Positions 26,012 to 36,021 of a stretch of DNA of 44,953 nt are shown piece after piece. Origin of the DNA: a virus (taxonomy: Duplodnaviria; Heunggongvirae; Uroviricota; Caudoviricetes); the IMG/VR virus record IMGVR_UViG_3300021255_003103, positions 1 through 44,953 of that record; one strand, written 5' to 3'. Position numbers and translations under genes: made by a program. Under the pieces are notes generated by a model that saw only the letters and a program-made list of their open reading frames with translations, had not been told where the DNA came from and ran no database searches. Numbering within the stretch: the first letter of the stretch is position 1; every line of letters begins with the position of its first letter.

Positions 26012-26612
26012 ATTATTAAATATTCTTAATATTCATAGTGATGATAATCAAAAATGGTTATTAATAAGTTTATTTATTTCAGGATTATTAGCAACATATT
26101 CATCACCTCCTATTACAAAAGCTGTAATATCGGAATTACCAGCTGAATGGATTGCATTTGAGGCAGTATTTTCTTCTATAGTAGCTTTATTACTTGGAAT
26201 GGTATGGAAAGGTAAGTTTCGTAAAAATATTATACATTATTTTTCTATTTTTTGTATAACCGAATGTGCTGCTGGATTTTTAATGTCAATGTATCTTGTA
26301 TTTATTAAATATAATGTGTGGGTGCTTGCTATTACTGAAATTATATATGGAAACTTTGTATGTTCATTGGTTGGAAAATGCATAATGACTTTTAAAGCAA
26401 AACTTTGGCCAGAAAAAGAACGAGAACTATATGATAATAATTTCAGTATTGTATCTAGTATAACTTGCATTGTTGGATTTGGTATTGCATTAATAGCAAT
26501 GCCATCATTAACAACCGCATTATTAATTTGGGGATTATGCTGTATAATTGATGATTTTGGTTGGATTATTGTATATAATAGAAATAGAAACATATTAACA
26601 AAAATTGAATAA
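25962..26612 (+). CDS. Polytopic membrane protein, about 6 TM, half-MFS-like
   Basis: Six hydrophobic segments; ERELYDNNFSIVSSITCIVG resembles an MFS loop/TM; start uncertain. Confidence 0.65.
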   Translation: MKQYMNIGTLIKKIFNKLLNILNIHSDDNQKWLLISLFISGLLATYSSPPITKAVISELPAEWIAFEAVFSSIVALLLGMVWKGKFRKNIIHYFSIFCITECAAGFLMSMYLVFIKYNVWVLAITEIIYGNFVCSLVGKCIMTFKAKLWPEKERELYDNNFSIVSSITCIVGFGIALIAMPSLTTALLIWGLCCIIDDFGWIIVYNRNRNILTKIE

Positions 26613-26615
26613 TTT

Positions 26616-27257
26616 ATGAGTGCTTGGACTTGGACACATATAAAAATTGATGTAATAACTAAAAAGCAAGGATTAAAGTATTGCGAATTAGCTGAAAAGA
26701 ACATCAATAACATTTGGTATTATAATAATTATAAGAAATTATCTTACGATGAAGCATTGGAAAAATATAAAACCTTTATATATAAGAATAAAAAATATTT
26801 TATCGATGAATGCAATATGCCAGAATATAAATTTTCTAATAATTATATTAATAATGAATTTAAAGAAAAAATTGAAAAATTAAATAAGCTTCAAAACTAT
26901 ATTAATAAATATAGAAACAATGAAATTACATTTGTACAATTAGTTAATGAGTCATCATTATCTGAATGTTCACACTGTAAAGTTAAAATATATAATGGAG
27001 ATAAATATATTAAACAATATGGAGAAATATTTCGTCTTCGTCAATATGATACATGTGACTTAAACTTACATACTGTTGAAGATTTGATTGACTATCTTCG
27101 TTCAAATAAGCGTCAACAATTTATTTGTGATTTTGCTGAAGATCTAGATAAAGATGGTAATATTAAATATGAAGGTTTAACAGATGAACTTGTTCAAAGA
27201 ATAAGAGATCATTACGGAAAAATTGGAGATAATAACTTTATAGTAAATTTTGGATAA
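26616..27257 (+). CDS. Hypothetical protein
   Basis: 213-aa ORF. Confidence 0.8.
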   Translation: MSAWTWTHIKIDVITKKQGLKYCELAEKNINNIWYYNNYKKLSYDEALEKYKTFIYKNKKYFIDECNMPEYKFSNNYINNEFKEKIEKLNKLQNYINKYRNNEITFVQLVNESSLSECSHCKVKIYNGDKYIKQYGEIFRLRQYDTCDLNLHTVEDLIDYLRSNKRQQFICDFAEDLDKDGNIKYEGLTDELVQRIRDHYGKIGDNNFIVNFG

Positions 27258-27985
27258 TGAATTGTAAATTTTTAGTTATAGGATTTGATCAAGAAAATAA
27301 TGAATATCGATGTCCTGATATTGTTTATTCTGATATAGATGATTATTACCAAAAAGATTGTTTTGATAAAATTATGTGTGATTGTAAAAAATTAGCAATT
27401 AGAGCATATAATCATGAAAAAAGAGATGAAGGTGTTAAAGGTTTATTAGTTGCAATATTTGGTAATGAAAGTAAGTTTTTTCCAGGTGATCGTAAAACTA
27501 TTTCAAAAACATATAATGGATTTACTCTAGAAGAAGCTAAAAAAATATATTCGCAATGTTGGGACGCAGGTATTGGTGGATTTTTAGGCAACATAGATGC
27601 TAAATGGTCATTATCTGATATAGCTTTAACAGATGAATTTATGTCTGTAAATGAGTGTTTACCTGAAGATGTTTGTTTATGTATTTACGGAAGAGATGAG
27701 AAAGTCTCATTTACAAAAGATTGTATCTGTAAATTTGATGATGGCACAATGAAATTTGCTCATCGTAAAACAATTAATTCAGAAGATGAAAAAATTGAAT
27801 GGATTGAAGAATATTCAAAACGTAAGTTAAAGAATGCTAAATCTTATGCAGATTTTAAAAATGGTAAATCTTTTAGTTATGAAGTTATGCCTGCTTATCA
27901 TTGGGTAATGCCTAAGGAATGGGCAGATAGAGTTATTTCCTGGAGATGGTTTAAAGAAGGAGAACCTAGAGAAAAATATATGTGA
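27257..27985 (+). CDS. Hypothetical protein
   Basis: 242-aa ORF, TAATG overlap. Confidence 0.8.
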   Translation: MNCKFLVIGFDQENNEYRCPDIVYSDIDDYYQKDCFDKIMCDCKKLAIRAYNHEKRDEGVKGLLVAIFGNESKFFPGDRKTISKTYNGFTLEEAKKIYSQCWDAGIGGFLGNIDAKWSLSDIALTDEFMSVNECLPEDVCLCIYGRDEKVSFTKDCICKFDDGTMKFAHRKTINSEDEKIEWIEEYSKRKLKNAKSYADFKNGKSFSYEVMPAYHWVMPKEWADRVISWRWFKEGEPREKYM

Positions 27986-28078
27986 ATTTTAAAGAAACAT
28001 ACAGAAAAGGGTTACGAAAAATGGAAATCTGTAAGAGAGAATTATTTAAATAAGATGAAACCGATTTATTAAAGATAT

Positions 28079-28774
28079 ATGTCAAAAATAGAACAAACAA
28101 TTGTATTATATAGTCGTAACGGTATTAAAATTAATAAAACTGATTTTTTAGATATGACAAAATTGTCAAATCTAAAAGATAATAATACGTTTGTTTTTAA
28201 TGAAGTTAAAACAATATTAAAGAAGAAAGATAAAAAAGCTGAAGTAATTCCAGCACAAAAAGCATGGAATGAAATTATAACTAGAAAATCAAAGCTTGGT
28301 TTTTATTATTATGAGAAAATACATCATAATGCAAAAGATCAAGAAGTTAAATATAACGATAAATATGGATTTGCTAAATTCAAAATATTTAAATTTCAAT
28401 ACGATAATAAAAGATTTGAATTATCATATCCAATAAGTTGTGGTGATATAAGTATTAATAGAGAAACTAGACCTTGGGATATATTACCAGGATATAAAGG
28501 AATTACAGATCATTTTATAACTGATTTATATAAAGAAGTAAATAAATTTTTTGAAGTAGCTGAAGTTAATAGAGTTTACTATAGAATAAAAGAATCAAAC
28601 TATGGACATAGTGCAGAATATGCTAAAGATATGTCATGGATTTATGATGTAAAAAAACAAGTAATGATTGATTTATTTGGTGATGCAAATGGTCCAACTA
28701 TCAATTATAATGATATTGAAATACTTCGTCATGGTTTTGATTTGAAAGAATCATTTAGAAAAAGAAAAGAATGA
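28079..28774 (+). CDS. Hypothetical protein
   Basis: 231-aa ORF. Confidence 0.8.
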   Translation: MSKIEQTIVLYSRNGIKINKTDFLDMTKLSNLKDNNTFVFNEVKTILKKKDKKAEVIPAQKAWNEIITRKSKLGFYYYEKIHHNAKDQEVKYNDKYGFAKFKIFKFQYDNKRFELSYPISCGDISINRETRPWDILPGYKGITDHFITDLYKEVNKFFEVAEVNRVYYRIKESNYGHSAEYAKDMSWIYDVKKQVMIDLFGDANGPTINYNDIEILRHGFDLKESFRKRKE

Positions 28775-28778
28775 TAGT

Positions 28779-29021
28779 ATGACATTAAAAGAATTTAGAG
28801 ATTTAACAAAAAATTTTAATGATGAAATGGCTGAACACACAATATTAGCCATAGGTATAAGAGATGAAAAAGATATTATTAAAGATAATACATATGTATC
28901 TTTTCCAAAATTTATTGAAGGATATAATGTAAATGGAGTGAATATGATAGCTGAAGGTACAATGGCTCCTAAATTATTTTTTATAGGTATTAAAAAAAAT
29001 AAAAAGATAGCTTTATTATAA
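28779..29021 (+). CDS. Hypothetical protein
   Basis: 80-aa ORF. Confidence 0.7.
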   Translation: MTLKEFRDLTKNFNDEMAEHTILAIGIRDEKDIIKDNTYVSFPKFIEGYNVNGVNMIAEGTMAPKLFFIGIKKNKKIALL

Positions 29022-29030
29022 AGACAAAAT

Positions 29031-29423
29031 ATGAATGAACATTATAAAAAATTTAATAATTGTTGGTTTTGTGAGCATCCTTGTATAAATTTTTTTACAT
29101 TTGAAACTCATAAGATTAATATATTAGATCATATATGTATTATTGAAAAATATCAAGATGGTGAGATATGGTCAGATTATGAATATTGGGGATCAACATG
29201 TTATGATTTCGATAATGATAGATATGTTATATTATGTACATATAATTGGTCTAAAGAAACTATTGAAAATTTAGTTAATAAACACGGATGGTATGGTAAA
29301 ATATCTGAAGAATTTGATGAACCAGAACAATTAAAATCTATTGAATTTTATAAAGAATTTATAAAATCAAATGAAGAAAACGTAGATAAGTTTTATAAAG
29401 ATAATTATGGAAACAAATATTAA
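29031..29423 (+). CDS. Hypothetical protein
   Basis: 130-aa ORF with CxxCxxxC near N-terminus. Confidence 0.75.
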   Translation: MNEHYKKFNNCWFCEHPCINFFTFETHKINILDHICIIEKYQDGEIWSDYEYWGSTCYDFDNDRYVILCTYNWSKETIENLVNKHGWYGKISEEFDEPEQLKSIEFYKEFIKSNEENVDKFYKDNYGNKY

Positions 29424-30291
29424 AAAAAGATATTTTACATATTGGGAAAACTTCAAAGGTATTTGGAATTATCCTAAAAAAAGATATGTTGTATTATTTA
29501 GCTCATGGACTAATGTTATTAAAAGTAAAACACGAAATGAATTTAATACATTAGAAGAAGCTGAAGAAGAATGCAAACTTATTAATCAATTATATTCAAC
29601 AACACCAAAACCCGAAAAAAAATTTAATAAAAATGGTAAGTTTGTTGGAAGATGGTCATTTGAAAAATATGACTGGGATTTTTCTAATGGTGCTTATTTT
29701 TGGGGATATGCATTACTTGACATGAAGGAATGCAAGTTTTTAAAAATAGTAAATGAATTTCATAATGGATATTGTTCCATAAAAAAGAAACCAGAATTAA
29801 AGATATATGATTATTATTTTAGAAAAGAAAATGAAATTCCTAAAGACTATGAATGGGATGAAAGAGGTGAATATGAAGGATGGCTTCAATTTAGATGGGG
29901 TGATGGAAAAAATTCTATAAACTATAAAGAAGAACATAAAAAGGAACGTCCCGGAGTAATAGAAATTCGTGAAATGTATGATGATGCAACAGATAGTTTT
30001 GTACGTCGTAAAGTAAGAGTTATATATGTAGACTGGAATGATCCATTACCAAAGAAAGAAAAAGGAATTATATATGAACGTCCTAATAAAGAACCTGTAA
30101 TATTTCCTGGTGATTTTGGATATGATAAAGATTATTCTATGAATGAATGGACATTGCCTGAAGAAATAGCTGCTGATGAATATTATGTAAATAATGGAAG
30201 AAAATTTGATAATGCTAAAGTTGGAAAGTCTTCTATTGGTGATATTCTTGGAGATAATAATCCTTTACTTAAATTAAAATTTGATGAATAA
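29407..30291 (+). CDS. Hypothetical protein
   Basis: 294-aa ORF, aromatic/acidic rich. Confidence 0.8.
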   Translation: METNIKKRYFTYWENFKGIWNYPKKRYVVLFSSWTNVIKSKTRNEFNTLEEAEEECKLINQLYSTTPKPEKKFNKNGKFVGRWSFEKYDWDFSNGAYFWGYALLDMKECKFLKIVNEFHNGYCSIKKKPELKIYDYYFRKENEIPKDYEWDERGEYEGWLQFRWGDGKNSINYKEEHKKERPGVIEIREMYDDATDSFVRRKVRVIYVDWNDPLPKKEKGIIYERPNKEPVIFPGDFGYDKDYSMNEWTLPEEIAADEYYVNNGRKFDNAKVGKSSIGDILGDNNPLLKLKFDE

Positions 30292-30622
30292 TATGAACAA
30301 AAGAAATAATTATAAACCTTTAATAGGTAACTGCATTGGAGTATATAGATATTTGGAAGGAGAAGATCATGAACAATTTTGGATTGATTTTCAAAATTGT
30401 GAATATTATACATATAATGAAGATGAAGGATTTGATAATGATACACATTTAATTAATGGAAAACATTGGTGGATTCTTTGGCCGCATATACCAATTAATG
30501 ACAATAATATAATAAAAAATAATGACGGGACATCAAATGTTGTATGGTTTGTAAGTGATACAAGTGAATTATTAGATATTGACAAAGAATGGGATTTTCA
30601 AATACATAAAGTTAAACAATAA
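30281..30622 (+). CDS. Hypothetical protein
   Basis: 113-aa ORF; alternative start 30293. Confidence 0.7.
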   Translation: MMNNMNKRNNYKPLIGNCIGVYRYLEGEDHEQFWIDFQNCEYYTYNEDEGFDNDTHLINGKHWWILWPHIPINDNNIIKNNDGTSNVVWFVSDTSELLDIDKEWDFQIHKVKQ

Positions 30623-30662
30623 TGAATTACTAAAATAAAGACACACAAAATAAACTTAATAT

Positions 30663-30881
30663 ATGAGTATATTTAATAAACGTCGTAAGATTGTTCGCAA
30701 AAAACTAGAAGAACAACATAAGCAGTGGGAAGAAAATTTTAAAATACAAAACAAGTCTATGCAATTATTAATTGATACTGCTAAATATATAGATGAACAT
30801 CATCCTGAATATGAATCTTTAAGTGAAGAAGAAAGAGTAAAGTTATTTGTAAAAATATATGAAGAATTATCTAAAAAATGA
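30663..30881 (+). CDS. Hypothetical protein
   Basis: 72-aa ORF. Confidence 0.7.
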   Translation: MSIFNKRRKIVRKKLEEQHKQWEENFKIQNKSMQLLIDTAKYIDEHHPEYESLSEEERVKLFVKIYEELSKK

Positions 30882-31807
30882 TACTTAGTATAGATTTTAG
30901 AACAGATATTCCTGCATTTTATTCTGAATGGTTAATAAATAGGTTTAATGAAGGATATGTATATTTTCGTAATCCTGCATATCCACAAACAATACATAAG
31001 ATAATTTTAGATAAGCAACACATAGAGGGTATTATGTGGTGTTCAAAAGATTATTTACCTATTCTTCATGACTTAAAAAGTATTACAGATAAATTTCCAA
31101 GTATATTTCATTATACAATAACAGGATATGGTAAAGACATTGAACCAAATGTTCCAAATTTGGAACAATCTATTTATACCTTCAAAGAACTTTCTCAAAG
31201 ATATGGAAAAGAAAAAGTAATTTGGAGATTTGACCCTATCTTTTATTGTAAAGATTTTGGAGAAACAGAAACATTAAGAAGATTTGAAAATATATGTAAA
31301 GAGTTACATGATTATACAGATAGAGTTGTAGTTAATTTTGTATCTCCGTATGAAAAAGTAAAAAGACATTTACCTGAAATGGTTACAATGCAGTCATTAA
31401 TGAAGAAGATTCTTTTATTGAATATGTATGGTATTTGCCAAAAATATGATTTTAAATTACAAACTTGCGGCAATGGATTACAGTTTAAAGATTTGCAAGG
31501 TATTGAAGTTACAGGTTGTCTTGATGAGCACGCTTTGAATTTAATTGGAATATATCCTAAACCAAAAAATAAAGCGACAGAATGGGGATGTTTATGTTAT
31601 CCAAATACTTGTATAGGAGAATATAATACTTGTCTTCATAAATGTAAATATTGTTATGCATCTGCTGATTTTGATAAATGTGATGAGAATTTCAAAAAAC
31701 ACGATCCTAAATCTCCATTATTGATAGGATGGCCACGTGGTGATGAACAAATAATTGAAATGAAACCAAAGCTTCTTAATACAAAACAATTGAAATTAAA
31801 TTTTTAA
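30878..31807 (+). CDS. DUF1848 family protein (radical-SAM-like Cys motif at C-terminus)
   Basis: RTDIPAFYSEW...G.V..RNP, YTITGYGKDIEPNVP, IWRFDPI, IGEYNTCLHKCKYCYA. Confidence 0.88.
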   Translation: MILSIDFRTDIPAFYSEWLINRFNEGYVYFRNPAYPQTIHKIILDKQHIEGIMWCSKDYLPILHDLKSITDKFPSIFHYTITGYGKDIEPNVPNLEQSIYTFKELSQRYGKEKVIWRFDPIFYCKDFGETETLRRFENICKELHDYTDRVVVNFVSPYEKVKRHLPEMVTMQSLMKKILLLNMYGICQKYDFKLQTCGNGLQFKDLQGIEVTGCLDEHALNLIGIYPKPKNKATEWGCLCYPNTCIGEYNTCLHKCKYCYASADFDKCDENFKKHDPKSPLLIGWPRGDEQIIEMKPKLLNTKQLKLNF

Positions 31808-31882
31808 TTTCATATATTATTTTTATTTCATTTATAATATGGTATTTCATATGAAATTTTAATTTATAAAAATTAAATAATA

Positions 31883-31918
31883 TTTAAATTTTTTATTATG
31901 AGTACTATATTATATTTG
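31883..31918 (+). promoter_or_regulatory. Repeated phage promoter-like motif
   Basis: TTTAAA-N17-TATATT-ATAT-TTG. Confidence 0.6.
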
Positions 31919-31949
31919 TAATTAAAATAAATAATTAAATAATAAAGCT

Positions 31950-32330
31950 ATGAAAGATAGAATTTTAAGTTATTTGCCAGAGAACGTTCATGTTAAATTT
32001 GGTTGGGATAAGGAACCTTGGTGTGGAAGGCATACTTATGGTCATATAGAATATAAAGTAATTTGTATTCCTAAGGATTGGCTAAAGCATGGTAAACGAG
32101 GTGCTTATAATGAATGGGAAATTAAAGCTGCATATAAAAAGAAACTCGTAAGTAAATTTGGTGATGAATTCATTCATACAACAGAACAACTTGAAGTTCT
32201 TGAGTGGAATCAACTAGAAACCGTAGTTAAAATACTTCAGAAAGCAAAAGGAATTGATTTTGATTTGATTTCATATGTTGATAGAGTTAATCCAGAAGAT
32301 GCAATTTATATGAATACTGTAATGATATGA
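31950..32330 (+). CDS. Hypothetical protein
   Basis: 126-aa ORF. Confidence 0.75.
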   Translation: MKDRILSYLPENVHVKFGWDKEPWCGRHTYGHIEYKVICIPKDWLKHGKRGAYNEWEIKAAYKKKLVSKFGDEFIHTTEQLEVLEWNQLETVVKILQKAKGIDFDLISYVDRVNPEDAIYMNTVMI

Positions 32331-32420
32331 AAGATTTAATTGAAGCGCTAAATATTCTTGTGATTCTGTTAAAGATCAAATAACAGATTGTTTAGATCTT
32401 ATAAACTTGGAAGTTGCTAA
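32327..32420 (+). pseudogene. Internally deleted, frameshifted remnant of a small phage gene
   Basis: MKDLIEALNIL in one frame and DCFRSYKLGSC-stop in another; 94 nt; family recalled from memory. Confidence 0.35.
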
Positions 32421-32448
32421 ATAGAAAAGGTATAATTTTTAAATAATA

Positions 32449-32484
32449 TTTGAATTTTTAATTATAAGTACTATATTATATTTG
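32449..32484 (+). promoter_or_regulatory. Repeated phage promoter-like motif
   Basis: TTTGAA-N17-TATATT-ATAT-TTG. Confidence 0.7.
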
Positions 32485-32501
32485 TAATTAAATTGAATGA
32501 T

Positions 32502-32858
32502 ATGAATACAACATTTCAAATTCAGATTAAAACTATCAATTATGAAGGTGGTTCTCCTACAATTACAAAGGAGATTACATTGAATGATCTTACTAAGTTT
32601 TCAAATCTTGCTGAAATGATTAACCAGAATTCTGGTAAGCATACATGGAATTGGTTTGGTAAAGGACATGGTCTTCCAGAAAAATGGGATGGTAACAGAT
32701 ATGTTCTTGATACTTGGAGAATTTGCAAACACATGAAGGAAAATTTTGATTATAAAGTTGAAGATATTAATCTTGTTAAGGAGTTCTTCCTTCGTTTTAC
32801 ACCTCATAGCTGCGATGGTATTGAGTGGATTAAGTTCTTTAAGGTAGAGGAACTTTAA
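32502..32858 (+). CDS. Hypothetical protein
   Basis: In-frame ATG 32502 preferred over TTG 32493. Confidence 0.75.
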   Translation: MNTTFQIQIKTINYEGGSPTITKEITLNDLTKFSNLAEMINQNSGKHTWNWFGKGHGLPEKWDGNRYVLDTWRICKHMKENFDYKVEDINLVKEFFLRFTPHSCDGIEWIKFFKVEEL

Positions 32859-32899
32859 TTAAATTCTTAATCATTAAATTTTCAATAAAATTAAACAAT

Positions 32900-33703
32900 A
32901 TGCATAACAATTTTTCCGATTTTGAGATTTCAAATCTTGTACGAGTACTTGGATCTGATTTTAATGTCCGTCGTAATCGAGCTGGTAATATTACGGTTGA
33001 ATATCTTCCTGAGTTCAGTGGATGTAAGAAGCCCAATCAGAAATTTTGGACTTTGTATTTTACATCAAATGGAACATATCTTTGGCGTCGTTGGACAAGC
33101 AATTATTATTGTTTTCCTTTGCATGGTGTAAATCGTAAACGAATTGGAGAGATTCATCATGAAAATTATAATGGTCATAAGTATACTTGGTATTATCGCG
33201 AATGGGATATAAAGAACTGTGAGTTTGATACTTATGAGGATGCAGTTAGTTACTTTGCTTATTATCTCCGCAAGTATCGCAATATTGATTTGAAGACAAC
33301 TCCTATTAATCCTACTGCAATTGCTGAGGAATATGCAAAAGAGCATTTCACACAGGAATATGTAGACAGTTGTACTGACTCTGATCATTTTGATTGGCTG
33401 GATTGGTTTGATAATAAATACCCTTATCGTACAAAAAATGAACGTACAAAGTTTGCAATGGTAATTGAGGATTTGTATCAAGCAAAGGTTCATGAATTTT
33501 ATGGAAAAGAAATTGACTATTCCTCATTGAGAGAAGCTGAACGTTTGTTTGGTGAAGCTCATAAGTTGCTTCTTACAGTTTATCATAATAAAAACTTTGA
33601 ATATCATATAAAGGAAATTGAAGATTGTCTTCCTTACGTCAATATTGGGAGAGACAAAGTAAAGACAATTGCTGATGAAATTTTTCATAAGTATATTAAA
33701 TAA
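32900..33703 (+). CDS. Hypothetical protein
   Basis: 267-aa ORF. Confidence 0.8.
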   Translation: MHNNFSDFEISNLVRVLGSDFNVRRNRAGNITVEYLPEFSGCKKPNQKFWTLYFTSNGTYLWRRWTSNYYCFPLHGVNRKRIGEIHHENYNGHKYTWYYREWDIKNCEFDTYEDAVSYFAYYLRKYRNIDLKTTPINPTAIAEEYAKEHFTQEYVDSCTDSDHFDWLDWFDNKYPYRTKNERTKFAMVIEDLYQAKVHEFYGKEIDYSSLREAERLFGEAHKLLLTVYHNKNFEYHIKEIEDCLPYVNIGRDKVKTIADEIFHKYIK

Positions 33704-33708
33704 ATATT

Positions 33709-33933
33709 ATGAGTTTTTTCAAAAAGAAGTCAATTAAAGTTTGGGCAGGTGTTAATAAGAATGGACATTTGTCATTACATGCAGAACAGCCAGTACGTGA
33801 TGAAGATCGTGGTATTTGGGTATCTAAGTTACCATTTATTAATTCTGTTTTGTATAAACAGATATCTACAATGTTTGAAAAGGCAAATATTGCATGGACA
33901 AATGACTGTGAATATTTGGAATTCCAATTATGA
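33709..33933 (+). CDS. Hypothetical protein
   Basis: 74-aa ORF. Confidence 0.7.
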   Translation: MSFFKKKSIKVWAGVNKNGHLSLHAEQPVRDEDRGIWVSKLPFINSVLYKQISTMFEKANIAWTNDCEYLEFQL

Positions 33934-34017
33934 TAATTAAATCGTCCAGATGATGGTTATAATGATGCTGGTCATCATTTAATATTAATAATTATAAAAC
34001 TATTATATAGTGAAATC

Positions 34018-34212
34018 ATGGTGCTAGAATCTTATGATAAATACGAATACATGTGGCCTAATTTATCAGGATATACATTAAAAGCAATATTGGATAAGTT
34101 TAATCAGTTAGGCAAAGAAGGCTGGGAAGTTATATCATTTAGTTTAGATAATTGCCAAGCATTATTAAAACGCAAAATAAGAGTAACAAAATATGAAAGT
34201 AATATTCCTTGA
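34018..34212 (+). CDS. DUF4177-like small protein
   Basis: YEY...LDKFNQLGKEGWEVIS...LLKRK. Confidence 0.6.
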   Translation: MVLESYDKYEYMWPNLSGYTLKAILDKFNQLGKEGWEVISFSLDNCQALLKRKIRVTKYESNIP

Positions 34213-34792
34213 TTTTGATGGTGTAATTACTACATACCAATCTAAATGGCACATCAGTCTTGAACATGTTAAAAGAGTTAAAATGATATGTGACAAGACT
34301 GATGCTAAGTTAGTTATATCTTCATCGTGGCAAAGATATGGGCGAGAGGGAGAAAGCAGGGAAGAACGAGTAAAAAATTGGCTTGATGGAATTTTAATGA
34401 AAGAATATAATGGAGCTATCAAAAAATTCTTTGCTAAATATACTTATGATATGTCAGGACGTTTCTATGGAGAGTTTGGAAATGTACGGGGTAGTGATAT
34501 TAAGTCATGGTTGACACGAAATCCTGATGTTGATAACTATGTAATCATTGATGACGAGGCAGATATGCTTGATGAACAAATATTCAATTTTGTTCAGACA
34601 GACATGTCATTTGGTATTCAAGATAGAGAAGTTAATCTATGTATTGATATATTAAATGGAGTCAAACCAAGGAACACACTTACACTTAATGACAATATTA
34701 AGTTTAAGTATTGGATATCTCTTGGATATGGTAAAGTTAATAATTACAAAGAAATTGTAGAAAAATACAATCCTTGGAAAAATGAAGATTAA
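34193..34792 (+). CDS. HAD-superfamily phosphatase, Swiss-Army-Knife RNA repair type (HAD_SAK_2-like)
   Basis: IFLDFDGVI, VISSSW, RGSDIKSWL, YVIIDD, FVQTD. Confidence 0.85.
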   Translation: MKVIFLDFDGVITTYQSKWHISLEHVKRVKMICDKTDAKLVISSSWQRYGREGESREERVKNWLDGILMKEYNGAIKKFFAKYTYDMSGRFYGEFGNVRGSDIKSWLTRNPDVDNYVIIDDEADMLDEQIFNFVQTDMSFGIQDREVNLCIDILNGVKPRNTLTLNDNIKFKYWISLGYGKVNNYKEIVEKYNPWKNED

Positions 34793-34810
34793 AATTGAGG
34801 AAATATTATA

Positions 34811-35257
34811 ATGGGAGAATACGCAGACTTATATGATGAATATTCATTGAATAATGAATTAGAATCATCAGATGATCCTGAAGATATATTTGATGAATGG
34901 GGTACACCAACTATTAATACGCATTATAGTTGTGAAAAGGATTATATATTTCCTATAGAATATAATTTCAATTATTCTAAAATGGATCAATCATTATTAA
35001 AAATTAATGATGAATGGTTAATAAGAAAACTAAATCCTAAGAAATCATTAAGAATAAATCAAACAGTTACAGTAATAAATATTACTGAAAGAGCGGTTTT
35101 ATTTGAATTTAATGAAGAATGGGAAAATACATATCACTGGCAAATGAAAGGACTTAGATTTTGGTTGCCAAAATCTGTATTGTATATGCAGAAAAATGAA
35201 AAGAAAGTTTTATATATTCCAAAATGGGCTAAAATAAAAATTATAAATCATGTATGA
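34811..35257 (+). CDS. Hypothetical protein
   Basis: 148-aa ORF; acidic N-terminus, TERAVLF...FWLPKS motif. Confidence 0.75.
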   Translation: MGEYADLYDEYSLNNELESSDDPEDIFDEWGTPTINTHYSCEKDYIFPIEYNFNYSKMDQSLLKINDEWLIRKLNPKKSLRINQTVTVINITERAVLFEFNEEWENTYHWQMKGLRFWLPKSVLYMQKNEKKVLYIPKWAKIKIINHV

Positions 35258-35799
35258 ATTTATATAAAGTTATATTTTTAGATATAGATGGCGTTATTAA
35301 TTCAATTCAATATGATATATGGAATCATAATCATAAGCATAGGTATGGATTAGTAGATCCACGAGAAATACATCGTCTGGTTCGTTTTATTGATAGATAT
35401 AATATAAAATTAATAATATCTTCATCCTGGCGTAATGGAAATTCATATAAAGATTGTATTGATGAATTTATTAAAGATAGTAAAATACATCATGATTTAA
35501 ATTTATTAATTCCTTATATTATTGGAGTAACACCATATCATAATAGTAGGCATAGAGGTACTGAAATAAATATCTTTATGGATGTACTTTATGATTATAA
35601 CTGTGAAAACAGTAATAAGATGCAAAGTTATTATCCAATTTATAAAGAGCATTTTAAAATTGATAAATATGTTATTGTTGATGACAATAATGATATGCTT
35701 GATGACCAAATGAAAAATTTGGTACGAACAAACCCATGGACTGGACTTACAAAAAAAGATTATAGAAAAATAAAAAAAAATATTACAATTATGATTTAA
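35254..35799 (+). CDS. HAD-superfamily phosphatase, HAD_SAK_2-like, second paralog
   Basis: IFLDIDGVIN, IISSSWR, RGTEI, YVIVDD, VRTNPWTGLT. Confidence 0.85.
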   Translation: MNLYKVIFLDIDGVINSIQYDIWNHNHKHRYGLVDPREIHRLVRFIDRYNIKLIISSSWRNGNSYKDCIDEFIKDSKIHHDLNLLIPYIIGVTPYHNSRHRGTEINIFMDVLYDYNCENSNKMQSYYPIYKEHFKIDKYVIVDDNNDMLDDQMKNLVRTNPWTGLTKKDYRKIKKNITIMI

Positions 35800-35823
35800 A
35801 AGAATTATATTTGTTAAATATTT

Positions 35824-36021
35824 ATGATGCAAGATAACATAAAAGAAGAATATATAAAATGTATTAATGATCCTTATTATTTTATATCTAAATATTGTTT
35901 AATCAAAGATAAAGAAACTGGAAAATCAATAAAATTTCAGATGTCAAAAATACACTATAAAATATATGTCGAATACATTAATAGAAAACAAAGACGTATG
36001 CGTAGTTATACCAATATATAA
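35824..36021 (+). CDS. Small protein resembling the pre-ATPase N-terminal segment of T4-like large terminase
   Basis: EEYIKCINDPYYFISKYCLI...G..IKFQM compared with T4 gp17 [20 protein letters not shown]...GTIKVQL; no Walker A. Confidence 0.55.
   Translation: MMQDNIKEEYIKCINDPYYFISKYCLIKDKETGKSIKFQMSKIHYKIYVEYINRKQRRMRSYTNI

Noticed and set aside
27982-28054. GTG-started 23-codon ORF between two genes
   Set aside because: Too short with no recognisable motif.
33937-34017. In-frame upstream extension (LNRPDDGYNDAGHH...) of the 34018 gene
   Set aside because: No start codon after the in-frame TAA at 33934; may be a remnant but cannot be supported.
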